Of a stretch of DNA of 64,000 bases, positions 13,168 to 26,800 are shown one piece after another. The position numbers were made by a program, and so were the translations under genes. The notes under the pieces are model-generated. The model ran no database searches. It saw only the letters and a program-made list of their open reading frames with translations, and had not been told where the DNA came from. The DNA comes from Eledone cirrhosa (taxonomy: Eukaryota). The stretch is from assembly GCA_964016885.1 (NCBI GenBank), contig OZ024742.1, positions 343,604,001 to 343,668,000 on the forward strand, given 5' to 3'. Within the stretch, counting starts at the first letter, position 1, and the number at the start of each line of letters is the position of its first letter.

Positions 13168-13432
13168 GAGGTTATATTTAATTTGTTGGGATTCAACAAG
13201 CTTAAAATGTTTATAACTGATATAAAGCACTCAACAGATAAGTGGAGTAAATACACAATACATTAATTAATGGAAACTATATTTATAAAACCATATTTAT
13301 TTTATTATACATATTTCAAGGGCCACCAAGGGAAATTATGGTGCGCTTTCATCAGATAAAATACAGATTTGTTTTATGAATAAATATTGACATACCCGGA
13401 AAAAAAGACAACCTTAACGGTTGGAACTTCCT

Positions 13433-13435
<3 letters not shown>
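13165..13435 (-). mobile_element. Solo Penelope pseudo-LTR between (TA)n tracts
   Basis: Homologous to 20865-21125 and 27040-27235; contains the hammerhead motif. Confidence 0.75.
13298..13363 (-). ncRNA. Minimal type I hammerhead ribozyme (Penelope type)
   Basis: Minus strand: tattttat-CTGATGA-aagcgcacca...tggtggccctt-GAAA-tatgta-TA-ataaaata; stems I and II pair. Confidence 0.8.
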
Positions 13436-13471
<36 letters not shown>

Positions 13472-13738
13472 GCATACAGGGATGCAATTCACTTCTAGCA
13501 CTCAACGCCATATTCCTAAGATCAGGGGTGACGGAATATATTAATAAAGATGGAAATGCGAAGTTGAAGATGTTAGATTCCTCTATTAATTGAGCCGTTA
13601 TACATATTTCAATGACGATAAACATCGTATCTCTTCAGACAGCAAAAATTGATTAAAATTTATGAGGCAATTTTATGTGGAAGGGATGGACTAAAAAAAA
13701 ATGTGTTTTTGCTTTGGTTGTCCGCCCCCTTCTTAAAT

Positions 13739-13802
<64 letters not shown>

Positions 13803-13806
<4 letters not shown>

Positions 13807-13954
13807 ATATAGAAATGTCTTCTACAGGACTAGAACTGTTTCATTGGAAGGAAATCATATTATGGACTGTATCTCACAACAGGGCTTTGCTTTCCTGATG
13901 ATTTCCTTCGAATGAAAACAGTTCTACTCCTGAAGAAGTCATTTCTATATTAAA
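13803..13954. repeat. Imperfect inverted repeat (about 56-bp arms) whose loop is a copy of exon sequence
   Basis: Arms 13803-13858 and 13898-13954; 13854-13884 is the exact reverse complement of 14930-14960. Confidence 0.9.
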
Positions 13955-14026
13955 CATTTTTACTCTGCTATGTATTGAGTTCCTAACTTACTGTGGTTAC
14001 CCCCGATTGAATCCGGGATTCACACT

Positions 14027-14070
<44 letters not shown>

Positions 14071-14840
14071 CATTTTGTATTTGTTTTGCAAGATTTCTCA
14101 TCTGAAAATGTGTTTTCTCTCCTTTGTTCTGAGACACAAAATGACAACAAAGATAGTCACCGAGGAGGTCACAGAATGTGTGACAAAAGAGCTTTGACAA
14201 TCAACAACTAAACAACCATCTGGTTATTAAACTAACGGACTAGGAGTTTATAATAAATTGAAGAAAAATCTAACAGGTACCTGTGTTTTTATTGGCAGCA
14301 GGACCCCCTCCCCTCGTATAACTACATACATGTATATAAATATATAAACGCTTAACTTAAGAAGTATTGGGAAACTTTGAAATTTGTAATATAGTCATCC
14401 AAACACAAAATACTATAATAATAATCAATAACAATTAAAATGGCCGAGAAAACCTCGTAAAGTACCCCAGGAAAATGGGATAAAGGCACCTAATAATGGG
14501 ATAATCTGCACCTCTCTGATACCGGGCGAGTGAATTTAACCTTTACGCTAAAGAGCTGCTGGCCACTAATTTTGGGAGAAGGAAAAGTCGATAACATCTG
14601 TCCTTGTACTTGAATGGTGCTTTCTGTTATCGACTTCAGAAAGATGAAAGACAAAGTTGACCTCAGCAGGATTTAAACTCAGTATGTAAAGAACCGGAAC
14701 AAATACTGCTAAGCATTTCTCTGACTCTCTACCGACTCTGCCAAATCATGGTAAATAAAATAATGGCCTTGTTTGACACAAGTTTTTTAATAAACTACAA
14801 TGTGACATAATCAATGCAAAAATAATTATTTTGTACGCAC

Positions 14841-14975
14841 CATTCAAAGCCTTTCCATAAGGTAGACACGGCTAGGAACTCACATAAAGCGTTCATGAAA
14901 AAGTTGAAATAATGACTTCCTTCCAAAGACCCTGTTGTGAGATACAGTCCATAATATGATAGAGATGTCATGAAC
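14841..14975 (-). CDS. SLC22-like transporter internal exon (TM7-TM8): (W)FMTSLSYYGLYLTTGSLEGSHYFNFFMNALCEFLAVSTLWKGFE(W)
   Basis: ttcctctag acceptor and gtgcgt donor; SLC22 motifs YYG and NFF...E; phase 2 at both ends matches the neighbouring exons. Confidence 0.9.
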
Positions 14976-15416
14976 CTAGAGGAACAAATAAAGAGATTAT
15001 AGATTAAATGAGAGGTTTTATGATATAGCTATTGAATTGGAATGTTCCCGTAACTCCTGAAGGAGTCGTAGAGGCGCCATATTGACATACGGAGTCTCTA
15101 GTGCATTTTAAAACCTGGGGGAGCCCCATCTTCCTCCAGGTCTGAATACAGCAGATTTCTTTCAGAGAAGGATAGACAGTAAAAGAGAGGAAGTGAGAAA
15201 GAGATATAGAGGAAAAATCGAACCCAGTACTAGACTGGTACTTTTTTTATCGACCTCGAAAGGATGAAAGGCAAAGTTGACCTCAGCGGGATTTAATCTC
15301 AGGGAGTAGATAGTCGAAACGTATACCGCAAAGCATTCTATCCGACGTTCTAACGACTCTGGCAATTCGCCGCCTTCTACAATGAATTAGATATCTATAA
15401 AATAGTTAGAATAAAT

Positions 15417-15418
<2 letters not shown>

Positions 15419-15506
<88 letters not shown>

Positions 15507-15541
15507 AGAGAGAGAGAGAGGGCGAGAGAGAGGGTGAGAGA

Positions 15542-15586
<45 letters not shown>

Positions 15587-15782
15587 AGAGAGAGAGAGAG
15601 TGAGAGAGAGAGAGAGAGAGAAGGAGAGAGAGAGAGGGAGAGAGAGAGGAAGAGAGAGAGAGTGAGAGATGAAGAGAGAGAGAGAGGGCGAGAGAGAGGG
15701 TGAGAGAGTGTGTGTGTGAGAGAGAGAGAGAGAGAGCGAGAGAGGGTGAGAGAGTGTGTGTGTGAGAGAGAGAGAGAGAGAA
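15419..15782. repeat. (GA)n compound microsatellite
   Basis: Direct reading. Confidence 0.95.
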
Positions 15783-18047
15783 GGTAGGAACGGGTGGCCA
15801 AGAAAGCGAGACGAATTTAACTGTCACAAGTTTTGGACAGAAATGTAGGCTTTGGAGCAGAGAAAGTAGATTGTTTGAACATGACATAATTTGACCACCT
15901 CGTTAACATATGAATATTGGATAGAGGTAGATTAATGTCTGACACATTATCAAATTGAAGGTGTCAAAGTAAAATAACATTAATTAATATCGGTTGACTT
16001 TGCCTTTCATCTTTACGGGGTCGATAAAATAAAGTACCAGTAATGCACTGGGTAATTGCTGGCCTTGTGCCTAAAGTAGAAACAATTAATTAATATCCGC
16101 TGCCGGATTTGGATTTGGTAAGGTCTTAAACAATTTAAAGTTTGGTGGACTTTTGAAAAAAACAGCACAACGTTTGAAAGCAAACCTTCATATAGGAGTA
16201 TCTTCCTAATTTCATTTTATTTAACGTCTATCTTTTCATTGTCCGCGGGGCACAGACCCAACACCACCGCGCCCTAGGCCAATATCCCCTCCCCTCCCCA
16301 TCTCCCTCCCTTTTTTCTCTGCCCCAGAGTCCTTGCCTCTCCCCTCTTTTTCCTCTCATTTATGGCTTTCATGGTCCTTTACTCTACTTTCCCATACAGT
16401 CAGATCTGCCCTTCTTTACCCCTTCCCATGTTCTCATTGCTAGATTTTGCTTTTGTCTTTCTTTCTCATATTTATTTATCTTTTCAATTAATTATGACTT
16501 GTCGAAAATATCACTCGTATTTATTTACATTTGAAATTATATTTTGTAAAATATCTGAGATTTAGCGAGACAATATATCTTTCAAAATGTCGCCTCATTG
16601 GATGTCATTTAATTTTCATATTGTCTTCCAGAATAAAATGGTTCCTCACCCTTGCTCCAAGCTCTAGCTTGCTAAGCTTATCTCTAAATTCGCCACTATG
16701 ACCATTTCTTTGACAAGTACGATGGAATTATTCCCTTCTTAACAAATACCAATTTAGTGTTAAATGGATTGGGCTTCTTGAGAGATAATTATTGTGATTA
16801 CAGACACAATGCACTGCTGGTAACACGAGTCACGTATGGAACCTCTACACGGGCGCTTAACATTTTAGAAATGGCCTCCACATTTCTCTTAATCCCAAGA
16901 GCATAATCTTTTTAAAAAAGAAAGCTACAGTTAACGTAGTCCCAGGCATCAAAACGAAAGGGTGATATAATAACCTTAGATCATATGTCTGTCTGTTCGA
17001 ACCAAGTTTAAACCTGGACAAAGTAACAAAATCAGAGTGACCGAGGAGAAGATACGAACCGCTATGCTTTCTCTGCTGGTTATCTATTACCCTATCAACT
17101 GGGCTATATCGGCGAGTAACATGCTGGCTGATTCTTACAAACTTAATGATTCAATCAAATGGTATTTGTAGTTTCATAGATTTGCTCAATCTAGACAGAT
17201 GTAGAAATAAATAACAACAACAACAAATAGGTTTTAAAATCTGTTGATGGATTTAAACGACACAGTGCAATACACGAGAGTATACTTAGCATAAATAAAA
17301 ACTAAGGTTGTAATTGAAAATCACGTATCACTTGATAGTATGTACCATGCTTTCGCTGAGAGTTTTAGACGTCCATGCAGACACATACACACTCTTGTAC
17401 CTCTCTCCGTTGATCCAACAGAACAACCAAGATGTGACAGCTAGAAGTAGAAAGGACGGCATAAGCAATGGATTGGTACTTTCTTTATCAACCTCAAAAA
17501 TATGTAAAGCAAATTGGGTCTCGGTGGGATTTGAACTCGGGGAAACTATTCATCGCTCTAACAGCTCTGCCAAATCGACTGCCACTACAACCTCATATGC
17601 TTATACGTAGCTTTGTTTGTAAGATCTACCAAAAGACATGTAGGAGTTAGGGGAGAAGGCTTAAACAACTGCCATAGAAAACATGGTTGTTGTTGCTGTT
17701 GTCCTTGTTTAACGCCAGACTAGTTCTGTTTAAGATGGTCTATCAATCTATGATCAAGTATTCCAGCCATAGCCATCCCATGTTATTTTTTAAAGCGTTA
17801 TCTTGGATTACATTATGTAATGTGTCCTTCCACTTTTGATACGGTAATGTGTAGTTTTAGGAAAATTCATTTGGTATTTTTAGCGGATCCGGTGACGCCG
17901 TAGTGACATGCAATTTAGGATAGCTGTACATAAAGATAAAGTTAAAGGAAATACAAAACAGATAAACACATGTATTATCTCAAATAAAGTGAGCAGTTTA
18001 AGTAAGTAACCGAACAATATCGAATATAATGTTGTGCAATATTGTAA

Positions 18048-18156
<109 letters not shown>

Positions 18157-18559
18157 TTTAAGGTATCATAACATATCAATTATATCTGATATTTGTGCTT
18201 CTCAGTGGATACTCGTTCAGAGCATCAATAATTCAAATTTATAGATATATATATATAGAGAGAAAGAAGCATACATCTTATGAGAAGACAGTATTTTGTA
18301 CACACACAAAAAGCACATATATCTAGGAAGAATACGTACTTCAGATGGAAAAAAGTTCTTATTTCCTTATGGCCATTTCATGATTAAAAGAAAACCACAA
18401 CTTTAAATCGATCTAAGCAATTGGTCATCGATCACCAACTATCAAAATTGGTTAAGTTATGCAAATATTAGAGATATTCACATTTAGAAATATTAAAATA
18501 TTAAAAATATTAAACATTTTAAATTGTTAAAGAGGATAGGATCATTTTGAGGGTTTATA

Positions 18560-21550
18560 GGAATATTATAAATTAAACATAGTTCTGAACGTGGAATTTT
18601 GGCGATGTCTGCAAGAGAAAATAACTCTGTTCTGGATTAATAGAGTTTTGCCAGTTAATTATATAAAAAAATTCTTCGTTACACAATTTACAGAATCTTG
18701 ATAAAGCCATATTGCAGTAAGCAGGTGCTTTCGAAATCGTTTTCCAAGATATTGAATAGTCTGTATTATTGCCTTTTAAGTTCCATATAAGATGTGAAAG
18801 TGAAGTAGGAGATTTTTTATCAGATCTTTTAAATGTATGATTATGGTTATTCCAGCGTTCTTTAAATTTTGTAGAAGTGGCACCAACTTAGTTAAATATT
18901 TTATCTTTAGTTTTAACTGTGCATTTATAAACTACGTTTTTATCTAAACAATTATTTTGTAAAGGGCAGTTTGATTTGATTCTACAGTTACATTTTATGG
19001 AGTTGTTGTTGCTCGGAACGGTACTATTATACTGAATATTGCTAGAAATATTATTATTGTTATTTTGGTTATTTTGGTTAGGGTTTAAATTTAAGTTTCT
19101 ATTATTAATTCTATTTATATTTTGTGCTATGTTCATAGTAGTAGAGTAGGATAGTTTTATAGTATGTCTGTTAAAAATAGAGTGGTATCTGTAGGCTTTA
19201 GGAAAACATTTATCTAGTGCTTTAAAGAATAGCTTCGATAAAGGTGTTTTAACGCTTAATGAGAATGGAGGAGGGGGGACCAAATAATATTTCTAGTTCT
19301 TGTTTTGATGTTGGGTTTAGTGTTTAAGTTAAATTGTTTATTATTATTATAATTAATACTAGGATGATTTGCCATGTTATTGTTATCAATGTATTTAATT
19401 TTATTCGAATATCCTGATCTATGTAAAGCTTCATTATAATATTCAGCCTTATCATCAACAATATTTTTATTAGCAGAGATGCGTGAAATCCGTTGTTGGA
19501 CACTATTTACAATAATGTTTTTAATACTTCTAGGATGATTAGAGTTAAAACTTACGTAATTTAGATTTTCGTTAATTTTATGGAAAGGATAGTAAAGAAC
19601 TGTGCTAAGGTTTAAGGTTACATCTAAGAAGTTAACGATTTTGTAGTTATTCTCTATTTCTAACTTAAGGTTGTAGTTATTAAAGTATTGTATTATGAAT
19701 TTCCTATTAATTTCACAATTGCTATGGTTTTCAATTAAAAGCAGCATATCGTCACGATATAAACCACCGGTCATCTCTGGCATTTTTCTATGCAGTACGT
19801 TATTAATAAATAAACCAACGAGATCCGTTATTTGCGCCGATTCAGATGATCCCATAGTGATATCAAAATTGTTTTTTCTGTTGGCTCTTGTCCAGAGATG
19901 ATTATTGAATTCTATTAGGGTTTTACGTGCTGTTAGAATTGTATTCATTTCATCACTAGATAGATCTGTATGTTTAGACGCGTAGATAAGAGCCTTATTA
20001 AGTAAACTAGGAGTAATAGAGGAGTAGTAATTTGCAATATCCATTTGAATACATTTTTTGTTATGTTTTAATGTTATGCTATTGAACCAATCTATAACTT
20101 CGTTAGTACCGTTCCATAGTTTAAGGTGTGATTTTTCTTTAAGTTGTGATATAATTCTATCTAATAAATGTTTGCTAATTATGCCAAAGTCTGATTTAGA
20201 TGGTGCTATGAGTCTGACTGGTAGTTCTATTTCAAAATTTCTTTTGTGGTCTTTCAGGTTAATTTTCGGTTTTCTAGGTATAAAGGGTTCAGTCCTATTT
20301 TGGATACCTAATTTATGAATAATTTCAGAAGTCTCTCTATTTAACGTTGAAAGATCTTCATTTGATGTTATTTTGTAGTTTTTTTTCAGAGTTCTTTCAA
20401 TATTAGGTTATTATATTCGTCCTTTTCCATCCCATATAAATTATTAGTTTTATCAGATTTTACGAGGATCTTCTTAGTTTTTTCAAGATTGTCTATTTTA
20501 TTCTTGAGGCCTTTAAGGTACTCCTGGCCTATAAATTGTTTTTTTTTTAAATTTAATGTTTTGTATAATAGATATTACTTCATTCTCAAATTCGGCAAGT
20601 AGTTTGCTGTTAGGTGGATTCTTCTTAGATTTGAAGATGAGATCAAAGTTGTAACTGGATTTATTTATTTTTTCATCCGATTTTCTATCGAAATGAAAGG
20701 CACGCCATCTAAGTCTCGTATAAAGGAGTCAGATTTCTCAATGAGTTGTTTTAGATATTCCTTATTTTTAGGTAAGGTACATCCTTTAGAGAAGAAGAAA
20801 TCCTAAAGAATTCCATTATTTTGCAATCAGTTATATTTTAAAGTGCTCAACATTAAAGGAGCTATTTATAAGCTGAAGGGATATTCAATTTGTTGGTAAT
20901 TCAACAAATATAAATGTTTATAACTGATTCAGAGCGCTCGACAGTTTTTCTGGAGTATAATATTCAATGAAATTAAATAAATGGAAAATATATTTATTCT
21001 ATTATATATATTTCAAGGGTACCAAAAACTTTGGTACGCTTTCATCAGATAAAATACAAAGTGTGTTTTATAAATTTTGACATAATCAAGGAACATATCT
21101 TAACGGTTGAAGTTTTCCTTGGATAGTGGAGTTAAAGACAGATTTTTTCAAAAATGTTAAGATGAGTATGCAAATGAATATGTAAATGAGGTTCGGGTAT
21201 AGGTTTGAAAAAACGTTATTGTAGACGCTATGGAGAATTTAGATATGTGTTTGTATGGGTAGGAAAGAAAGAAAAAAGAAAAAGAAAAAAGAAAAAGAAA
21301 AAAGAAAAGAAGACCTCGTATTTACGTTAATTTTGTGGAAAAAATTTGAATATTTACCTATATTATGTATATACTTATATGGAGAATTATGTTTGTAAGT
21401 ATTTATCTTATTACAATATTGTAGTAGGTTATATGTATAAATATCTGTATATATTAATAATCGCATATGTATTAGTATAGAGTGCTCTGAATCAGTTATA
21501 AACATTTATATTTGTTGAATTACCAACAAATTGAATATCCCTTCTGCTTA
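18560..21550 (-). mobile_element. Penelope-like element (RT + GIY-YIG), decayed, with 5' pLTR and inverted partial pLTR
   Basis: MDIANYYSSI, TMGSSESA, GLYRDDM, VNFLDVTL, SNHP, CNCR..CPL...C, VVYKC...VGATSTKFKERW. 20870-20940 is inverted at 21480-21550. Confidence 0.92.
20995..21056 (-). ncRNA. Minimal type I hammerhead ribozyme in Penelope pLTR
   Basis: Minus strand: tattttat-CTGATGA-aagcgtacca-aagtttt-tggtaccctt-GAAA-tatata-TA-atagaata. Confidence 0.82.
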
Positions 21551-22195
21551 TATATATATTAATGAAATAAACTAATAAAAGTGAATACAATTTGTCTGTC
21601 TCGATACAAGTCAATAAAGACAAGGTTATATTGGCAACTGCCATGATTCCTGGACATATTTAAATTTCAAAATTCAAACCTGTTCTGTAGACGAATTTGA
21701 ACCTCGAAACCCAAATAAGTTTCGCAATGGTGGAATGTAAATTGAAAAATAAAGAGAATCGAAATGGAATAGAAATAAAAGAGTGAAATATCCAAATCAT
21801 CTGTGCATATCAACAGGAATCCAGTAAGATTAGTCTATCACACATCAAAAATTTTGCAGGACTGACTACACGTGGGTAGGCAGGCCAAAACTAGCTATCC
21901 CACATTCACGGTGCTAGAAATAACAGCCGCTTATGCAGGATTAAGGATCAGCTCTTACAATAAAGGAGCTATACATTATATTATATTTTGAGAATAAACT
22001 CTTTTTTGACTTGTATCGAGACAGACAAATTGTATTCACTTTTATTAGTTTATTTCATTAATGGCTAACTTTGTCTGTTGCAATGTAAACACATTTCGTG
22101 TTTATCATATACTTTAAATGTATTTAACTGCTCGGAAGAGCCCCTTCCTGGAGCTTAATTATTGTAAACGACTGAGAGTTTATTCTCAAAATATA

Positions 22196-22242
<47 letters not shown>

Positions 22243-22413
22243 CCTGATTAGTTTCTTCGTTACTTTGGTATGTATTGTGTGTTAGTTTAGCCTACCACAA
22301 TGTCCGATTTGTCAAGCTATTTAAACGTATGTTATAACTCTGAGACCTATCTTATCGAGTGCTTCGCTAACCCATCACTTCATATAGGTAGGCCGAATTA
22401 CTTGCAAACCGCC

Positions 22414-22497
<84 letters not shown>

Positions 22498-22531
22498 ATG
22501 TGTGTGTGTATATCTATGTATATATATATAT

Positions 22532-22643
22532 ATAGGAACAAGTAAGACCCCGACGGCTGAGCTCAAGCCGTTTCGACGGCTAATTCCAGAATTAGCCGTT
22601 GAAACGGCTTGAGCTCAGCCGTCGGGGTCTTACTTGTTCCTAT
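22532..22643. repeat. Near-perfect hairpin, 55-bp arms with 2-nt loop
   Basis: 22532-22586 is the reverse complement of 22589-22643 with one G.T wobble. Confidence 0.95.
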
Positions 22644-22720
22644 TACCATATCTACTACCCTAAGTATTGAGTACTTTGGTGCGTTATGGTCCACCTGGTT
22701 CCTTACCACATTTCCTTCGT

Positions 22721-22752
<32 letters not shown>

Positions 22753-23334
22753 CCGAGAAAATATCTATGTGTTTCATCAAGCGATGCGCACATATAGTTA
22801 TTTTTTCAAACCCAATTGAGTTCTAGCACGTGGCTTGAATTCTTTTCAGAATTCATTGTCCTGCGCATGTATTGTTTTTTGGCGGTAATCTCCTTCCTCC
22901 TTTCTTGAGACAGTGTGAGATTTTCTTTAGAACTGCTGGACTAACAACCTAGTAGCTACCTCAAGCACTGATGGTGATTATCGCTAAATATTGATGTTGA
23001 TTTGGTTATCAATATTAATATTATTGGGCACCCACTGAAGAATTATAAGAGCCCACTTGAATAAGTATCTGTTGATCTTATACAAGCTTCTACATAAATT
23101 GGTATAATTTCACCCAACTTGTAGAAATCTTATAATGAAACAAGACGTTCGTCTGGGAAGAGATATATTTGATATATCTCATATGAAATGATTCAGCCAA
23201 TTTTCGACACAATACAAGCTAGCACCCCGAACGTTTAATTGGGAATATACTCAGGTATTTCCTAATGTTTGTTGAGCGAGTTGGGATTTGGCAGGAGTAT
23301 CGCTATTAGCTTTCTTCGATTATGTATTTATATT

Positions 23335-23804
<470 letters not shown>

Positions 23805-23807
<3 letters not shown>

Positions 23808-26800
23808 CTTGACTGGTATGTCTGCTTCAAAATTTCTTTTATGGTCTTTGATATTTATTTGCGGTTGCCTTGGTATAAAGGATTCGGTCCTACGCTCAAT
23901 TCCTAATTTGGTGATAATTTCAAAAGCTTCGTTGTTTATGGTTGATAGATCTTCTTTACAGATGTTTTTTTATTCTTTCAGTATTAAATTATTATACTCT
24001 TCTATCAAGGCTTATAGTACCTTTTAAATCCGATCTCGGAATTATTAGTAAAAGTATACTTGACAAAATTATACTAATACTTAAACAAAAATCACATTTC
24101 AAACTTTGGAACGGTACAAATGAAGTAATAGATTGCTTTGTAAACATTAAATCTAAAAATAATACTAAATTTATACAAATGAATATTGCTAATTATTATT
24201 CTTCCATAACTCCTAATTTACTTAATAAAGCACTAATATACGCATCAAAGCATACTGACTTATCTAGCGAAGAAATAAACATTATATTAACTGCACGAAA
24301 AACTCTTATTGAATTTAATAACGATCTCTGGACTAGAGCTGATAGACCGAAGAATTTTGATATTACGATGGGTTCTTCGGACTCAGCTCGGGTTACAGAC
24401 CTCTTTGGCATCTTCATTCTTAACTCTTTACTTAGGAAATTGCCGGAAATTGCCGGAGGTTTGTATCGCGACGATGCATTATTCATAGTAGATAAATATA
24501 ACAATAGTGAACTTAACAGGAAAAAGAAAATTATTATAGGCTTCTTTAATAATTACGACCTTAAGTTAGAAATAGAAAACAATAATAAAATAGTTAATTT
24601 CTTAGATGTTACATTAAACCTTAACTCAGGCCTATATTATCCATTCCTTAAGATTAATAAAACCTAAATTATGTCAGCTTCTACTCAATCCACACTAAAA
24701 ACGTTAAAAAAGATATAGTCAATAGTGTCCAGCAAAGAATCTCTAGACTCTCAGCTAATAAAAATATAGTTGATAACAAAACAGAATATTATAATGACGC
24801 TCTACACAGAGCTGGATACACTAATAACATTAATTACATAGATAAGAATAGTAAAACCCAACCTCTTAAAGTATATTATAATAATAATTGCTTCTACTTT
24901 TTGGCACAAGGCCAGCAATTATTCCAGTGTATTACTGGTACTTTATATTATCGACTCCGTAAGGATGAAAGGCAAAGTTAACCTCGGCGGGATTTGAACT
25001 CAGTCCGTATAGGGACGTAACTGTGCTGCAAAGCATGGCGTCCGACCCTCTACCGATACTGCCAATCCACCATGAATATAAACCACTTAATCAAAATAAG
25101 AAATCAAATAGAAAAGCCAGAACTAGAACTATAATTTGGTATTCACCCCCAGTATCCTTAGGAATTAGGGCACCTTTAGCACACCAATTCTTTAAAGCTC
25201 TAGATAAATGTTTTGCTAAGTCCCACAAGTATCACTCCATTTTTAACAGATATACAATCAAGCTCTCTTACTCTACAACTATGAATGTAACCCAGAATAT
25301 AACAAGAATTAATAATAGGAATTTAGAATTAAACCAAACTGAAGTAAACCCATATAATAATAACAATAGCTTTACGAATAATAGCGCTTACATGAATAAT
25401 AATACGGTATCTTCAAGTAACAATATAAAAGAATGTAATTGCAAGAATAACATCTTATGCCCTTTACAGAATAATTGCCTAGATAGAAATTTAGTATATA
25501 AATGCACCATTAAAACTAAGGATAAGCTGTATAACTATATAGGAGCAACTTCATCAAAATTTAAGGAGCGTTGGTATAATCACAAACATACTTTTAAACG
25601 GTCGGATAAAAAATTCTCAACTTCACTGTTACAACTAATTTGGTCTTTAAAAGACAATAAAACTGACTATTCAATCTCTTGGAGAAAAATTACGAACGCT
25701 CCAGTTTACCAAAATTCGGCATTCTCAGGAATTTGTCATCTTTGTATTGAAGAAATATTTCATATAATTACCAATCCTGGTAATATTATAAAAAAAGGAA
25801 ATATTTAATTCCTGTTTGCACCGTTTCTCCAAGACATTTCACAATGTTTATAATTTATAGAACCTACTATATTATGATCTATATAAGTTGCCTATTTACA
25901 ATATGAATATAAATCCTTTTAAACCTAATACATAGAAACATTTCTTATACAATGTAAAAACCTATTATCAAAACCATATTTAGTATATGGTGCTCTGAAA
26001 TCTTATATAAATTATTTACTTATAATATAAATAATAATTAATAATTATGGTAAACATTAGATGAAACAATATATTATTAAATGTTTATCGTAAGCACACC
26101 TGTAACACATTACTTAAAATACATAATCTAGAGTTACTTCCTCTTTTTTTGTTTACACCGTCAAAATTCATATATACGATATATTTCAACTTACACAACT
26201 GTTTAAATATTATATTACTAACCATATACAATAATAGATTATACTATAATACTGTACATGTTTACTTAAGAAATATAATTAGTTTCACATTCTTAAAATA
26301 TATGTAAAAAATACATATCTATAGGTACTTGATCTCTCTTACGTTTATTTATAGATCTATGTATATATACATAAATGCGATGTATATTCACGCATAATCA
26401 CATATGTACTGAATAATTATTTATTATTTTAATTAACGATATACAGTAATGGCTTATAATATACTACAATACATTATATTTCTCATGTAAACATTATAGT
26501 TACATTTATAGTATTAAAATATATGCTAAAAAATAAATACACTCATATATAAATCTATGTATATATATATATGTGTGTAAATACGATGTACATTCTATCA
26601 CATAACCACATAAGTATTGAATTGTAATTACTTTAACTAACCATATAGAATAATAGCTTACAATATACTACAATAGATTACATTTCTCATGTAAACATTA
26701 TAAATACATCCACATTCTTAAAATATATATTTAAAATAAATACGTATAATTATGTGATTCCTTCCAAACTTATGTATATATCTTTGCGAGTATATGTCTA

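Noticed and set aside
14938-14949. 12-nt match tgagatacagtc between the exon and the 31-bp satellite, plus weak similarity to the 30-bp minisatellite
   Set aside because: Too short to distinguish from chance. The exon sequence is explained by coding and the minisatellite by its RTE origin.
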